From positions 288,001 to 352,000 of the forward strand of contig CANJVR010000003.1 of NCBI GenBank assembly GCA_947478395.1: DNA of 64,000 bases, read 5' to 3'. A program made the translations under genes and the position numbers. The notes beneath the pieces are model-generated. The model ran no database searches, was not told the DNA's origin, and saw nothing but the letters and a program-made list of their open reading frames with translations. Source of the stretch: Opitutia bacterium (lineage in GTDB: Bacteria > Verrucomicrobiota > Verrucomicrobiia > Opitutales > Opitutaceae). How positions within the stretch are numbered: the first letter of the stretch is position 1; each line of letters begins with the position of its first letter. This document shows positions 49,169 to 57,643 of the stretch, one piece after another.

Positions 49169-49476
49169 AAAGGTTTTCCCAACGCGTCAGCAAACCAGCC
49201 GTCATCCGCGGTGCAACCCCGGGCTCAGGCCGTCACGGGTTGATCGCCAACCTCCGATCTCGATCCCGGTCATCAATCTTTCGTCAGCGAAATCACGGCG
49301 CTGATCGGTTCTCCTGGGTGGGGGAAATAATCCAGCTTCTTTCGATCCAATTTGGAAGGGCCGTCGCCGTCTGGTCCGAAGCCATGGGACGCTGCTCGAA
49401 AATATCCGGCGGCCCGCAACGGCTTAAATCTTGACGCTTGCGCGGTCGTGCCGGGCGCTTCTCCTCTTCGTTTCCC

Positions 49477-50493
49477 ATGTCCGGTCCCCGCGATCAATTC
49501 CAGCGTCCCCTCCGGGATCTTCGCATCTCGGTGACGGATCGTTGCAATTTTCGCTGCCCCTATTGCATGCCGAAGGAAGTGTTCGGCCCCGGCCATGCTT
49601 TCCTGCGCGATCCGCAGCTGATGACCCTCGGCGAACTCACCCGCATCGCGCGGGCTTTTAAAGCGCTCGGAGTGGAAAAAATCCGGCTGACCGGCGGTGA
49701 ACCACTCCTGCGACCCGACGTACCCGACCTCGTGCGCGTGCTGAAACAGGATCTCGCGATCCCGGATGTTGCCCTCACGACCAACGGCTGGTTACTCGAA
49801 AAACTCGCACCTGCTCTGCGCGACGCCGGACTTAATCGCGTCAACGTTTCGGTCGATTCCCTCGACGACGCCATCGCCGGAAAAATGAACGGTCTCGGCT
49901 TCAGCGTTGCGCGTGTGCTGCGCGGGATCGACGCGGCCGCCGCGCTCGGCCTGCCCGTGAAAATCAACTGTGTGGTCCAGCGCGGTGTGAACGATGGCGA
50001 GCTGCTCGCGCTGTGTGATTATTTTCGCGAGCGCGGTCATGCGCTGCGGTTCATCGAGTTCATGGATGTCGGCAACACGAACCATTGGAAGGCCGACCAC
50101 GTCGTGCCTGCCCGGGAAATCGTCGCTCGCATCCAAGCCCGCTGGCCGCTTGAGCCCATCGGTCCCGCGTATCGCGGCGAAGTAGCCGCGCGCTACCGTT
50201 ACGCTGACGGGCGCGGAGAAATCGGCCTGATCAGCTCGGTCACGGAACCGTTTTGCCGCGACTGTCATCGCGCGCGTCTCTCGGCTGACGGGAAACTCTT
50301 CACCTGTCTTTTCGCCACGCTCGGCTGGGATGTGTTGGGCTGCCTGCGCGCCGGAGCTAGCGATGAGGAACTCGCCAATTATCTCAGCCGCATCTGGCGC
50401 GGCCGCGAAGATCGGTATAGCGAGGAGCGCTCCTCCGTGCTCGCCGCCGGCGAATCGCGTCCGAAGATCGAGATGAGCTACATCGGCGGGTAA
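49477..50493 (+). CDS. moaA: GTP 3',8-cyclase MoaA
   Basis: LRISVTDRCNFRCPYCMP, TGGEP, FC..C.R.RL..DG....C and C-terminal MSYIGG. Confidence 0.96.
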   Translation: MSGPRDQFQRPLRDLRISVTDRCNFRCPYCMPKEVFGPGHAFLRDPQLMTLGELTRIARAFKALGVEKIRLTGGEPLLRPDVPDLVRVLKQDLAIPDVALTTNGWLLEKLAPALRDAGLNRVNVSVDSLDDAIAGKMNGLGFSVARVLRGIDAAAALGLPVKINCVVQRGVNDGELLALCDYFRERGHALRFIEFMDVGNTNHWKADHVVPAREIVARIQARWPLEPIGPAYRGEVAARYRYADGRGEIGLISSVTEPFCRDCHRARLSADGKLFTCLFATLGWDVLGCLRAGASDEELANYLSRIWRGREDRYSEERSSVLAAGESRPKIEMSYIGG

Positions 50494-50593
50494 CGCCGAA
50501 AACCCTCCAGGGGGTAGCGCGCGTTATTCCTCGCGCGCCGGTTCGCCAAGTTTGGCTCGCCGACCGAGGATCGGGCCGACTTTGTTCGCTCTG

Positions 50594-51535
50594 ATGCAAC
50601 CCACGCTTCTCGTACTCGCGGCCGGCATGGGCTCGCGTTATGGCGGGCTCAAGCAGATTGATCCGGTCGGACCCGGCGGTGAAACCGTGCTCGATTATGC
50701 GGTGTTCGACGCGGTCCGCGCGGGCTTCGGGCGCGTCGTGTTTGTAATTCGCCGCGACTTTGAGGCCATCTTTCGCGAGCAGGTTGGCGCGAAGTACGCC
50801 GGCCGCATCGCCGTTGATTACGTTTTTCAATCGCTCGACGCCCTGCCGTCGGGCCGCCGACCGCCGCTTGGCCGCGAAAAACCATGGGGTACTGGGCACG
50901 CGGTGTGGTGCGCCCGCGGCGTAATCCGGGAAAATTTCGCGGTGATCAATGCCGACGATTTCTACGGGGCTAACTCCTTTGTTCAGCTCGCGAATTTCCT
51001 CGGTGGAGCCGGGCGCGGTACGGCACCGGCTCGCGGCGCCGTGGCACCGGTGGAGTTCGCGATGGTGGGTTTCCGTCTCGATCGCACCCTCTCCGAAAAC
51101 GGCGCGGTGGCGCGTGGGGTTTGCACCGTCGCATCCGGCCATTTGCGCGCGATTGTTGAACAAACCGGCCTGCATGCGGCCGATGTCGGACCCGGACAAA
51201 AATTCGGCGGCGACGAAACGGTTTCCATGAACTGCTGGGGTTTCACGCCCGAAATCTTTCCCGCACTCGATGAACAACTTCAGGCGTTTCTGGATTTTCC
51301 AGCGCAGGGCGGGGCGGTACCGGCGGCAGCGGCCGTCGATCCTTTGAAAGGGGAGTTTTATTTGCCGGCGGCGGTGGCGGCGATGATTGGCAAAGGCGAG
51401 GCTGTTGTCCGCGTGTTGCCCACGGTCGGCACGTGGTTCGGAGTCACTTATCGGGACGACAAGCCGCGAGTGCAGGCGGCCGTGGCTGAACTGGTGCGAA
51501 GCGGCGCGTATCCGGCTAAACTTTTTCCGTCATGA
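50594..51535 (+). CDS. Sugar-phosphate nucleotidyltransferase family protein
   Basis: LAAGMGSRYGGLKQ, KPWGTGHA, NADDFYG, SMNCWGF and WFGVTY..D. Confidence 0.88.
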   Translation: MQPTLLVLAAGMGSRYGGLKQIDPVGPGGETVLDYAVFDAVRAGFGRVVFVIRRDFEAIFREQVGAKYAGRIAVDYVFQSLDALPSGRRPPLGREKPWGTGHAVWCARGVIRENFAVINADDFYGANSFVQLANFLGGAGRGTAPARGAVAPVEFAMVGFRLDRTLSENGAVARGVCTVASGHLRAIVEQTGLHAADVGPGQKFGGDETVSMNCWGFTPEIFPALDEQLQAFLDFPAQGGAVPAAAAVDPLKGEFYLPAAVAAMIGKGEAVVRVLPTVGTWFGVTYRDDKPRVQAAVAELVRSGAYPAKLFPS

Positions 51536-52380
51536 AACTTGCCCGATCGGATGCCGATATTTTCACGCCTGACGGCACCGACCCGGTGCGAGCGCTCGCG
51601 CGGACCACGCACCTCTGCATCGGTGCGCATCAGGACGATATTGAGATCATGGCCCACGACGGGATCGCCGCGTGTTTTGGGCGTACGGATAAGTTTTTCA
51701 CGGGCGTAGTGGTCACCAACGGTGCTGGTTCCCCGCGCTCGGGTCGCTATGCCGCGTTGACTGATGCCGACATGCTCGCCGTGCGCCGGGATGAGCAACG
51801 TCGGGCTGCCGCGCTCGGCCGTTACAATCTCCAACTCCAGCTCGCGCATCCCAGCTCCGAGGTGAAAACGCCGGATCACGCGGGCCTCATGGACGATTTC
51901 GCGGCAATTTTTAACGGCTGCGCGCCGGAGGTCGTTTATCTCCATAATCCCGCCGACAAACACGACACCCATGTCGCGGTCTTCCTCCGCGTTCTAAAGG
52001 CCCTGCGCGCGATGCCGCGTGAGCGGCGTCCGCGGCGCGTGCTCGGCTGCGAAGTGTGGCGTGACCTCGACTGGCTGGTCGAGGCCGACAAAGTGGCGTT
52101 GGACACCAGTGCGGAGCCGCAGCTGGCGGTCGATTTGCTAAAAGTCTTCGATTCCCAAATCAGCGGCGGCAAACGCTATGATCTTGGTGCGCTGGGCCGC
52201 CGCGCGGCGAATGCCACCTTTCATACCTCGCACGCGACGGATGTGGCCGGCGCCATGACGTGGGCGATGGATCTTACGCCGCTCGTGGCGGACGAGACGC
52301 TCGACGTACAGGAATTTGTCGCCGCCCACATCGACCGGCTGCGGAGCGATGTGGTGCAGCGAATCGCGGCTCTTAGCTAG
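51532..52380 (+). CDS. PIG-L family deacetylase
   Basis: AHQDD, RRDEQ and DKHDTH motifs. Overlaps the upstream stop (ATGA). Confidence 0.88.
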   Translation: MKLARSDADIFTPDGTDPVRALARTTHLCIGAHQDDIEIMAHDGIAACFGRTDKFFTGVVVTNGAGSPRSGRYAALTDADMLAVRRDEQRRAAALGRYNLQLQLAHPSSEVKTPDHAGLMDDFAAIFNGCAPEVVYLHNPADKHDTHVAVFLRVLKALRAMPRERRPRRVLGCEVWRDLDWLVEADKVALDTSAEPQLAVDLLKVFDSQISGGKRYDLGALGRRAANATFHTSHATDVAGAMTWAMDLTPLVADETLDVQEFVAAHIDRLRSDVVQRIAALS

Positions 52381-52403
52381 AGGGCTTCGAAAACGTTTTC
52401 TTG

Positions 52404-52503
52404 TTTGTTATGCTAGGCGCAGCGCAGAATCCAGCGGTCGGATGCACCTTTAAAACCGCGGCGTAAAACCAAATGGATTTTTCACGGCGTTCAGCATGAC
52501 AAA
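52404..52503. repeat. Degenerate palindromic intergenic element (TGTCATGCT...AGCATGACA type)
   Basis: TTTGTTATGCTAGGCGCAGCGCAGAATCC ... GGATTTTTCACGGCGTTCAGCATGACAAA; the arms are approximately complementary. Confidence 0.55.
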
Positions 52504-52547
52504 GACGGAAAATTCGTTTTGAACACCCCTCGGCTCCGAGAATTTTT

Positions 52548-53315
52548 ATGAACTCAAAACTTTTCGATCTCACCGGCCGCACCGCTCTCATCACGGGCTC
52601 GAGTCAGGGTCTTGGCTTCGCGTTTGCGCGTGGGCTGGCCGAGGCGGGCGCAACGGTTGTACTCAACGGGCGCGATGAAAAGAAACTCGCACTGGCGTCG
52701 GCGGAGTTGACGGCGGCAGGGCTTAAGGTGGCGACCGCGGCGTTCGACGTTACGGATGGGGCTGGGATCGAGCGCGCGATCGCCCGCATCGAGGCGGAGG
52801 TGGCGCCGATCGACATTTTGGTGAACAACGCGGGGATTCACCGGCGCGCGCTGCTCGCGGAAATGACCGAGGCGCAATGGCGCGAGGTGCTCGACACGAA
52901 TCTCACCAGCGCGTTTCTCGTCGGCCGACAGGTGGGTCCGCGCATGATCGCGCGCCGGTCGGGAAAAATCATCAACACATGCTCCGTCATGAGTGAAGTG
53001 TGCCGGCCCACGACGGGAAATTACGCCGCCGCCAAAGGCGGGTTGAAGATGCTCACGCGGGCGATGGCGACGGAGTGGGCGAAGCACAATCTGCAGGTCA
53101 ATGGAATCGCACCGGGGTACTTTGAAACCGAGCTGAACAAGCCCTTGGTCGAAAATCCGGACTTTAATAAATGGATTTGCGGCCGCACGCCGGCGGGACG
53201 TTGGGGGAAGCCGGCTGAGTTGGTGGGTACCGTGGTGTTTCTCGCTTCGACGGCGTCAGATTTTGTCAACGGGCAGATCATCTACGTCGACGGCGGATTG
53301 CTCGCGGCGATTTGA
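52548..53315 (+). CDS. SDR oxidoreductase, gluconate 5-dehydrogenase-like
   Basis: TGSSQGLG, NNAG, YAAAKGGLKMLT, NGIAPGYF.T and RTPAGRWG. Confidence 0.88.
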   Translation: MNSKLFDLTGRTALITGSSQGLGFAFARGLAEAGATVVLNGRDEKKLALASAELTAAGLKVATAAFDVTDGAGIERAIARIEAEVAPIDILVNNAGIHRRALLAEMTEAQWREVLDTNLTSAFLVGRQVGPRMIARRSGKIINTCSVMSEVCRPTTGNYAAAKGGLKMLTRAMATEWAKHNLQVNGIAPGYFETELNKPLVENPDFNKWICGRTPAGRWGKPAELVGTVVFLASTASDFVNGQIIYVDGGLLAAI

Positions 53316-53558
53316 AGTGCATTTGGAGTGAGGGTAACGCGAGTCCGGAGGTCTGAACCTATGGTGTGCCCGAGGGAGGGCGCGTTATCCTTGTCGCGCC
53401 GGCGGGGCTCAGACCGTTGCAAGATTCTGGGCCGCGCACGACGCGTCGGATTAAGGACCATCAGCCCGACCTACGTTCCGATGGGATTTTTTACTTAAAT
53501 CGTCACCTTACGCCGACGTTGATTCGCACGCCGCAGTTCGTAACGTCGCCTGATCGCG

Positions 53559-54902
53559 ATGCTGAATTTACCGCTGGAGCTTTTGATTTTGGGTCTGCTG
53601 GTGGGGGCCAACGGGCTCCTCGCCATGGCCGAGACGGCGATTGTTTCAGCGAAGAAGACCAAACTCCGGAAGCTGGCGCACAAAGGTGACTTGGGGGCAG
53701 GCAAAGCCTTGGCACTGGCTGAGCAGCCGGCGCGATTCCTGGCCTTGGTGGAATTTTGGCTCACGCTTTCTGGCATGATCGCGGGTGTGCTGGCGGGCGC
53801 GAAACTGGCCTCGCAGCTTGCCGCGTGGTTCGTGGTGGCTTGGCCTGGCCTGGCGTTATGGGCCGACGGCATTGCGCTCGTGGCGGTGACGCTGGGGTTG
53901 ACATCGTTCATGCTACTTTTCGGCGAGCTTGTGCCAAAGCGGGTGGGGCTGGCCCATCCGGAGAAAGTCGCGGCAAGGCTCGCGGGCGCGATGATTGCGC
54001 TCGCCTGGCTGGCGGCGCCGTTGATCAAGCTTTTCGAATTTTGCACGGGCGCGCTCGTCGGCCTGATCGGTCTGAAAAGTCCGCGCGCAGCCGATAGCGT
54101 GAGCGAAGACGAAGTTCGCGCGCTGGTGGAACAGGGTTTGCACGCCGGGGTTTTTCAACGCGCGGAAAAAGAAATGGTCGAGGGCGTGCTCGCACTGGAC
54201 CAATTGTCCGTGACGCGGGTGATGACGCCGCGGCCCAAAATCGTGTTCCTCAACGTCGACGATCCGGAGGAGGCGAACTGGCGGCGGATCGTCACGAGCG
54301 GCCACTCTTATTTTCCCGTCTATCAGGGTAATCGCGACCAGATCGTCGGCATGGTGGCGGTGAAAGCGCTCTGGGCGCACTCGGCCATCGGCCTGCCCAC
54401 GACGTTGAAGAATCTGTTACTGCCGCCGTTGCTGGTGCCGGAGACGCTGAACACGATCCAGCTGCTCGAGCAGTTCAAAAAAACGGGCAAGCACATCGCG
54501 ATTGTGACCGACGAATTTGGTGCGGTCCAGGGGCTCGTGACATTGATCGATGTCCTTGAAGCGATCGTGGGCGATCTGCCGTCGCCGGGCGATCGATTGC
54601 AGCCCGCGGCCACGCAGCGGGAGGATGGCTCGTGGCTGATCGACGCCACGCTGCCGACGGGTGAGTTGAAGACCTTGCTCGCCCTCGATGCCTCGCTGCC
54701 GCACGAGGGCCAGGCCGAATACCAAACCGTGGGCGGCTTTATCGTGACGCAGCTGGGACGGATTCCCGCCGCGGGCGATTTCTTTGAATGGCACGGGTGG
54801 CGTTTTGAAGTCGTGGACATGGATCGGCGTCGCGTCGATAAAGTGCTCGTGGCGCGTGCGCCAACGAGCCGAGCGGTCGAATCGGCAGCAGGAAACCGCT
54901 AG
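53559..54902 (+). CDS. Hemolysin family / CNNM-CBS-CorC transporter
   Basis: AET..VSA, GELVPK, VMTPR, DEFG...GLVT..D..EAIVG and T.GG....LGRIP. Confidence 0.92.
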   Translation: MLNLPLELLILGLLVGANGLLAMAETAIVSAKKTKLRKLAHKGDLGAGKALALAEQPARFLALVEFWLTLSGMIAGVLAGAKLASQLAAWFVVAWPGLALWADGIALVAVTLGLTSFMLLFGELVPKRVGLAHPEKVAARLAGAMIALAWLAAPLIKLFEFCTGALVGLIGLKSPRAADSVSEDEVRALVEQGLHAGVFQRAEKEMVEGVLALDQLSVTRVMTPRPKIVFLNVDDPEEANWRRIVTSGHSYFPVYQGNRDQIVGMVAVKALWAHSAIGLPTTLKNLLLPPLLVPETLNTIQLLEQFKKTGKHIAIVTDEFGAVQGLVTLIDVLEAIVGDLPSPGDRLQPAATQREDGSWLIDATLPTGELKTLLALDASLPHEGQAEYQTVGGFIVTQLGRIPAAGDFFEWHGWRFEVVDMDRRRVDKVLVARAPTSRAVESAAGNR

Positions 54903-55095
54903 TCGGATTTTCCCGACGGTGAAATCTTCGAGAGGCGGCGGCTAATGGCCTGCGCGTTAGGAATGGGCCCGCTGATCACGGGCGGTTGTTTTGAAAATGG
55001 CTGGGCTAACCAACCTCCTGAAGGTGAGTTCTGAGGGTGATGAGCTGGAGAGGAATTTTAAGGATTCGCGCGTTGGTAAAGTCCGATGAGCGGTT
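54894..55095. mobile_element. MITE-like element with terminal inverted repeats (copy 2)
   Basis: Left end AACCGCTAGTCGGATTTTCCCGACGG; right end CGCGTTGGTAAAGTCCGATGAGCGGTT. The left end supplies the TAG stop of the hemolysin gene. Confidence 0.6.
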
Positions 55096-55182
55096 ACTCC
55101 CTCCGTCCGTTGCGAACAACTTGTCGGCAAAAACCCTTTGCCAATCCCGCGCGTGCGGCGGACGGTGAGGTATGGCGGAATC

Positions 55183-56160
55183 ATGCAAGACCACTTCACC
55201 GGCCAGCCCACCTTCATCTGCGGAAGCCTCCTCCCGGGGCCTCAAGAAAGACGCGCTCTTCAACACGATCACGAGCGAAGACTGGCGGCGCTCGCTCGCC
55301 TCGGCGCGACGGCAGCCGAATGCGGTCTCCGCCCGGATCAGGGAGAAACGGACCGCGATCTCGTCCTCCTCGCCGAAGACGAAGTAAGTTTGCTGGAAGC
55401 CTCGGGCCCCGAGTGGGCCAGGCTGGGCGATGCGATTCGCGCACTGCGCGCTCTCCTGCCGGTCCGGACCTTGGAGGATTTTGGATTTCCTTCGGTTGCG
55501 GTGGACGATGCGGAAAATCAAAATCCCCTGGAGGAAACAAATCCGCGACTGCGCCGGATCGGCGGCGGCGTCGAGGCATGGGCGTTTGCGGCCGTGGCGG
55601 ACGGCTCGGCGTATAAATTTTATCTCCCGCGCGAAGGCTCGCGCATCGGCAGCGAATTTATTTTTCGTCCCGGCGACGAAACGATCCTGCGCGCCGAGGC
55701 CGGACTAGGGGATTATCGGGCCCTTCTGGAAAAACTTTTACTGGTGCATGCACTCGGCGGTATGGCGACGGAGGTCGTCGCGGTGACGCCGGAAGGAATT
55801 CTGGTGGCGAAGCAGACGATCGGTGAAACGCTCCCGCAGGGCGACGACGTGTCGCGCGTGCTGCCAGCGGGACTGATCGAGATTCCCTCGAGATTTTTGC
55901 GCGCAAACCGCGATCATCCCAGGCTGTTTTTCTTGGCGACTGGCGCCGCCGGCGAGCCCCAGCCTTATCTCGTGGCGGATTTGCACGCGCGGAATTTCGT
56001 GCGTGGCGTGGACGGCGCGTTGCACGTCATCGATCTCGTCGCGGCACCCTGGCCGGCGGGCGGCGCGGCGCGTGAGCCGTTGGTCCGCGACTGGCTCGAA
56101 CGCGTGCGGCGCGACCCGGCGGCAACGGCGTTGCCTGGCGCGCGCGACGACGAGCTATAG
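55183..56160 (+). CDS. Putative kinase-fold protein resembling the polyvalent-protein kinase domain
   Basis: GGGVEAWAF (Gly loop), YKF, DLHARN (catalytic loop) and HVID (metal-binding Asp). Confidence 0.6.
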   Translation: MQDHFTGQPTFICGSLLPGPQERRALQHDHERRLAALARLGATAAECGLRPDQGETDRDLVLLAEDEVSLLEASGPEWARLGDAIRALRALLPVRTLEDFGFPSVAVDDAENQNPLEETNPRLRRIGGGVEAWAFAAVADGSAYKFYLPREGSRIGSEFIFRPGDETILRAEAGLGDYRALLEKLLLVHALGGMATEVVAVTPEGILVAKQTIGETLPQGDDVSRVLPAGLIEIPSRFLRANRDHPRLFFLATGAAGEPQPYLVADLHARNFVRGVDGALHVIDLVAAPWPAGGAAREPLVRDWLERVRRDPAATALPGARDDEL

Positions 56161-56248
56161 CCGCTGGTTTGCTCTAACCGTAGTTGGCCTGTTCGTGAAG
56201 GCCATGGATGGCTTTCAGCCAGCCATCCATGGTTTTGCTGCAGATATG

Positions 56249-56277
56249 AAAAAGCCGGACGCGTGAAACGTCCGGCT
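56249..56277 (-). terminator. Intrinsic terminator of the peroxiredoxin gene
   Basis: AAAAAGCCGGACG-CGTGAAA-CGTCCGGCT. Confidence 0.75.
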
Positions 56278-56306
56278 GAAATTAGGCGGCGTGAGGAGCG
56301 GGGACT

Positions 56307-56816
56307 TTAGCTCTTCACCGTGGCGAGGTAGGCGAGGATGTTCTCGGCCTGCTTGTCGGTGACGCCGACATCCTTGTAGACGATCTTGCCGTCCTTGATG
56401 AGGTAGGCTTCGCGGCTCGCTCGCGCTCGGTCGCCTTGGCCGAAGGCTTGAATAACTTTCTTCTCGGTGTCGGCGAGGAGCGGATACGGGAAATGATTGA
56501 GATCCTTAAACTCTTTTTGTTTTTCGACCGGATCGACGCTTACGCCAACGATGGTAACGCCTTGTTTGGCGAGGTCGGCCGCGGCGTCGCGCAGGGAGCA
56601 GCCCTGCTTCGTGCAGCCGCCGGTGAGTGCTGCGGGGTAAAACCACACCAGCGTATATTTGTTTTTTTTGTAGACGTCACCGAGGTTGAGCGTCGTGCCA
56701 GCGTCAGTGATACTGGATACAACCGGAGCGGTGTCGCCGACCTTCAAAGGATCGGCGGAGGCGAAGGAAAACATGGTGAGGAATGAAGACAAAACGAGTA
56801 GGGGGCGAAGTTTCAT
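56307..56816 (-). CDS. Peroxiredoxin (Bcp/PrxQ type) with a signal peptide
   Basis: FYPAALTGGCTKQGC (PxxxTxxC), VGVSVD and YPLLAD. Confidence 0.9.
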   Translation of the reverse strand: MKLRPLLVLSSFLTMFSFASADPLKVGDTAPVVSSITDAGTTLNLGDVYKKNKYTLVWFYPAALTGGCTKQGCSLRDAAADLAKQGVTIVGVSVDPVEKQKEFKDLNHFPYPLLADTEKKVIQAFGQGDRARASREAYLIKDGKIVYKDVGVTDKQAENILAYLATVKS

Positions 56817-57643
56817 GGTGGAGCGGACGTTGGACAGCTAATCAGCAAGGCGCAAGCCGGGCAGTGCTTTCGGATCAATAAGTTTAAATCGTTCTCGGGT
56901 GCGACGGGTGGTTTGTGGCCCGCCGGAATCGCGGAGCTGGTTGCGCTGCGATTGGGCAGCGATTTTCGCGCGTTGCTCGTTCACGAAGGCGAGGGGAAAG
57001 TTCGTTCAGCGTGGGCCGCGGCGAATCCTCGAAGGGATTTGAAACAAGGCTGGCTTCAACGGGCTCAATGGCGGCGCGTTGGGTCGAAAGCAGTTTGACG
57101 CGGTCCTTGAGGCCGCGCCGGCTGTTGGCCGAGGGCAGTGAGTTCATCCTCCAAGGCTTTCACCCGATCGTGGGCGGTGAAATTTATGACAGAGGTGCGG
57201 TCGGTCGCTTCGAAGGATGTTGGCAGCGGCGGTACTCAGGCCGGCGACTGGGAGCGATTGATCGATCAGCGATAAGGAAAGTTTTTAAAGTTCACGTTGA
57301 GAATGCCGGCGGCGAGATCGAGGGCCGCGACGTTTATAAAATTATATTAATCAATATATACCGTTACTCAGCCGAACCGGGAATCGACCGTTGCGGCGCG
57401 GGTTAACGTGCGTTGCGCCGGCGCCGGGCGTAGGTTTTAGCGGAATGGCGAGGCGGGCTACGGCCAGCTGAGCCGCCTGAAGGGAGATTTTCGGAACTTG
57501 CGCCGAGGCCGCGGGGACTAAAATGTGTCCGTCCTTGCTGTTGCAACGGTCGTCTCGCCGGGTGGGTTCCAAGCCCTTTCGTGCGTGCGGCTGTCGCTTG
57601 GCTTCGACCCATTTTCCGTTTTCGCCCACCGCTGACCTTTCTC

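Noticed and set aside
56884..57406. Short ORFs (87 aa minus, 163 aa plus) in the gap before the delta-60 gene
   Set aside because: No recognisable motifs and atypical composition; cannot be supported.
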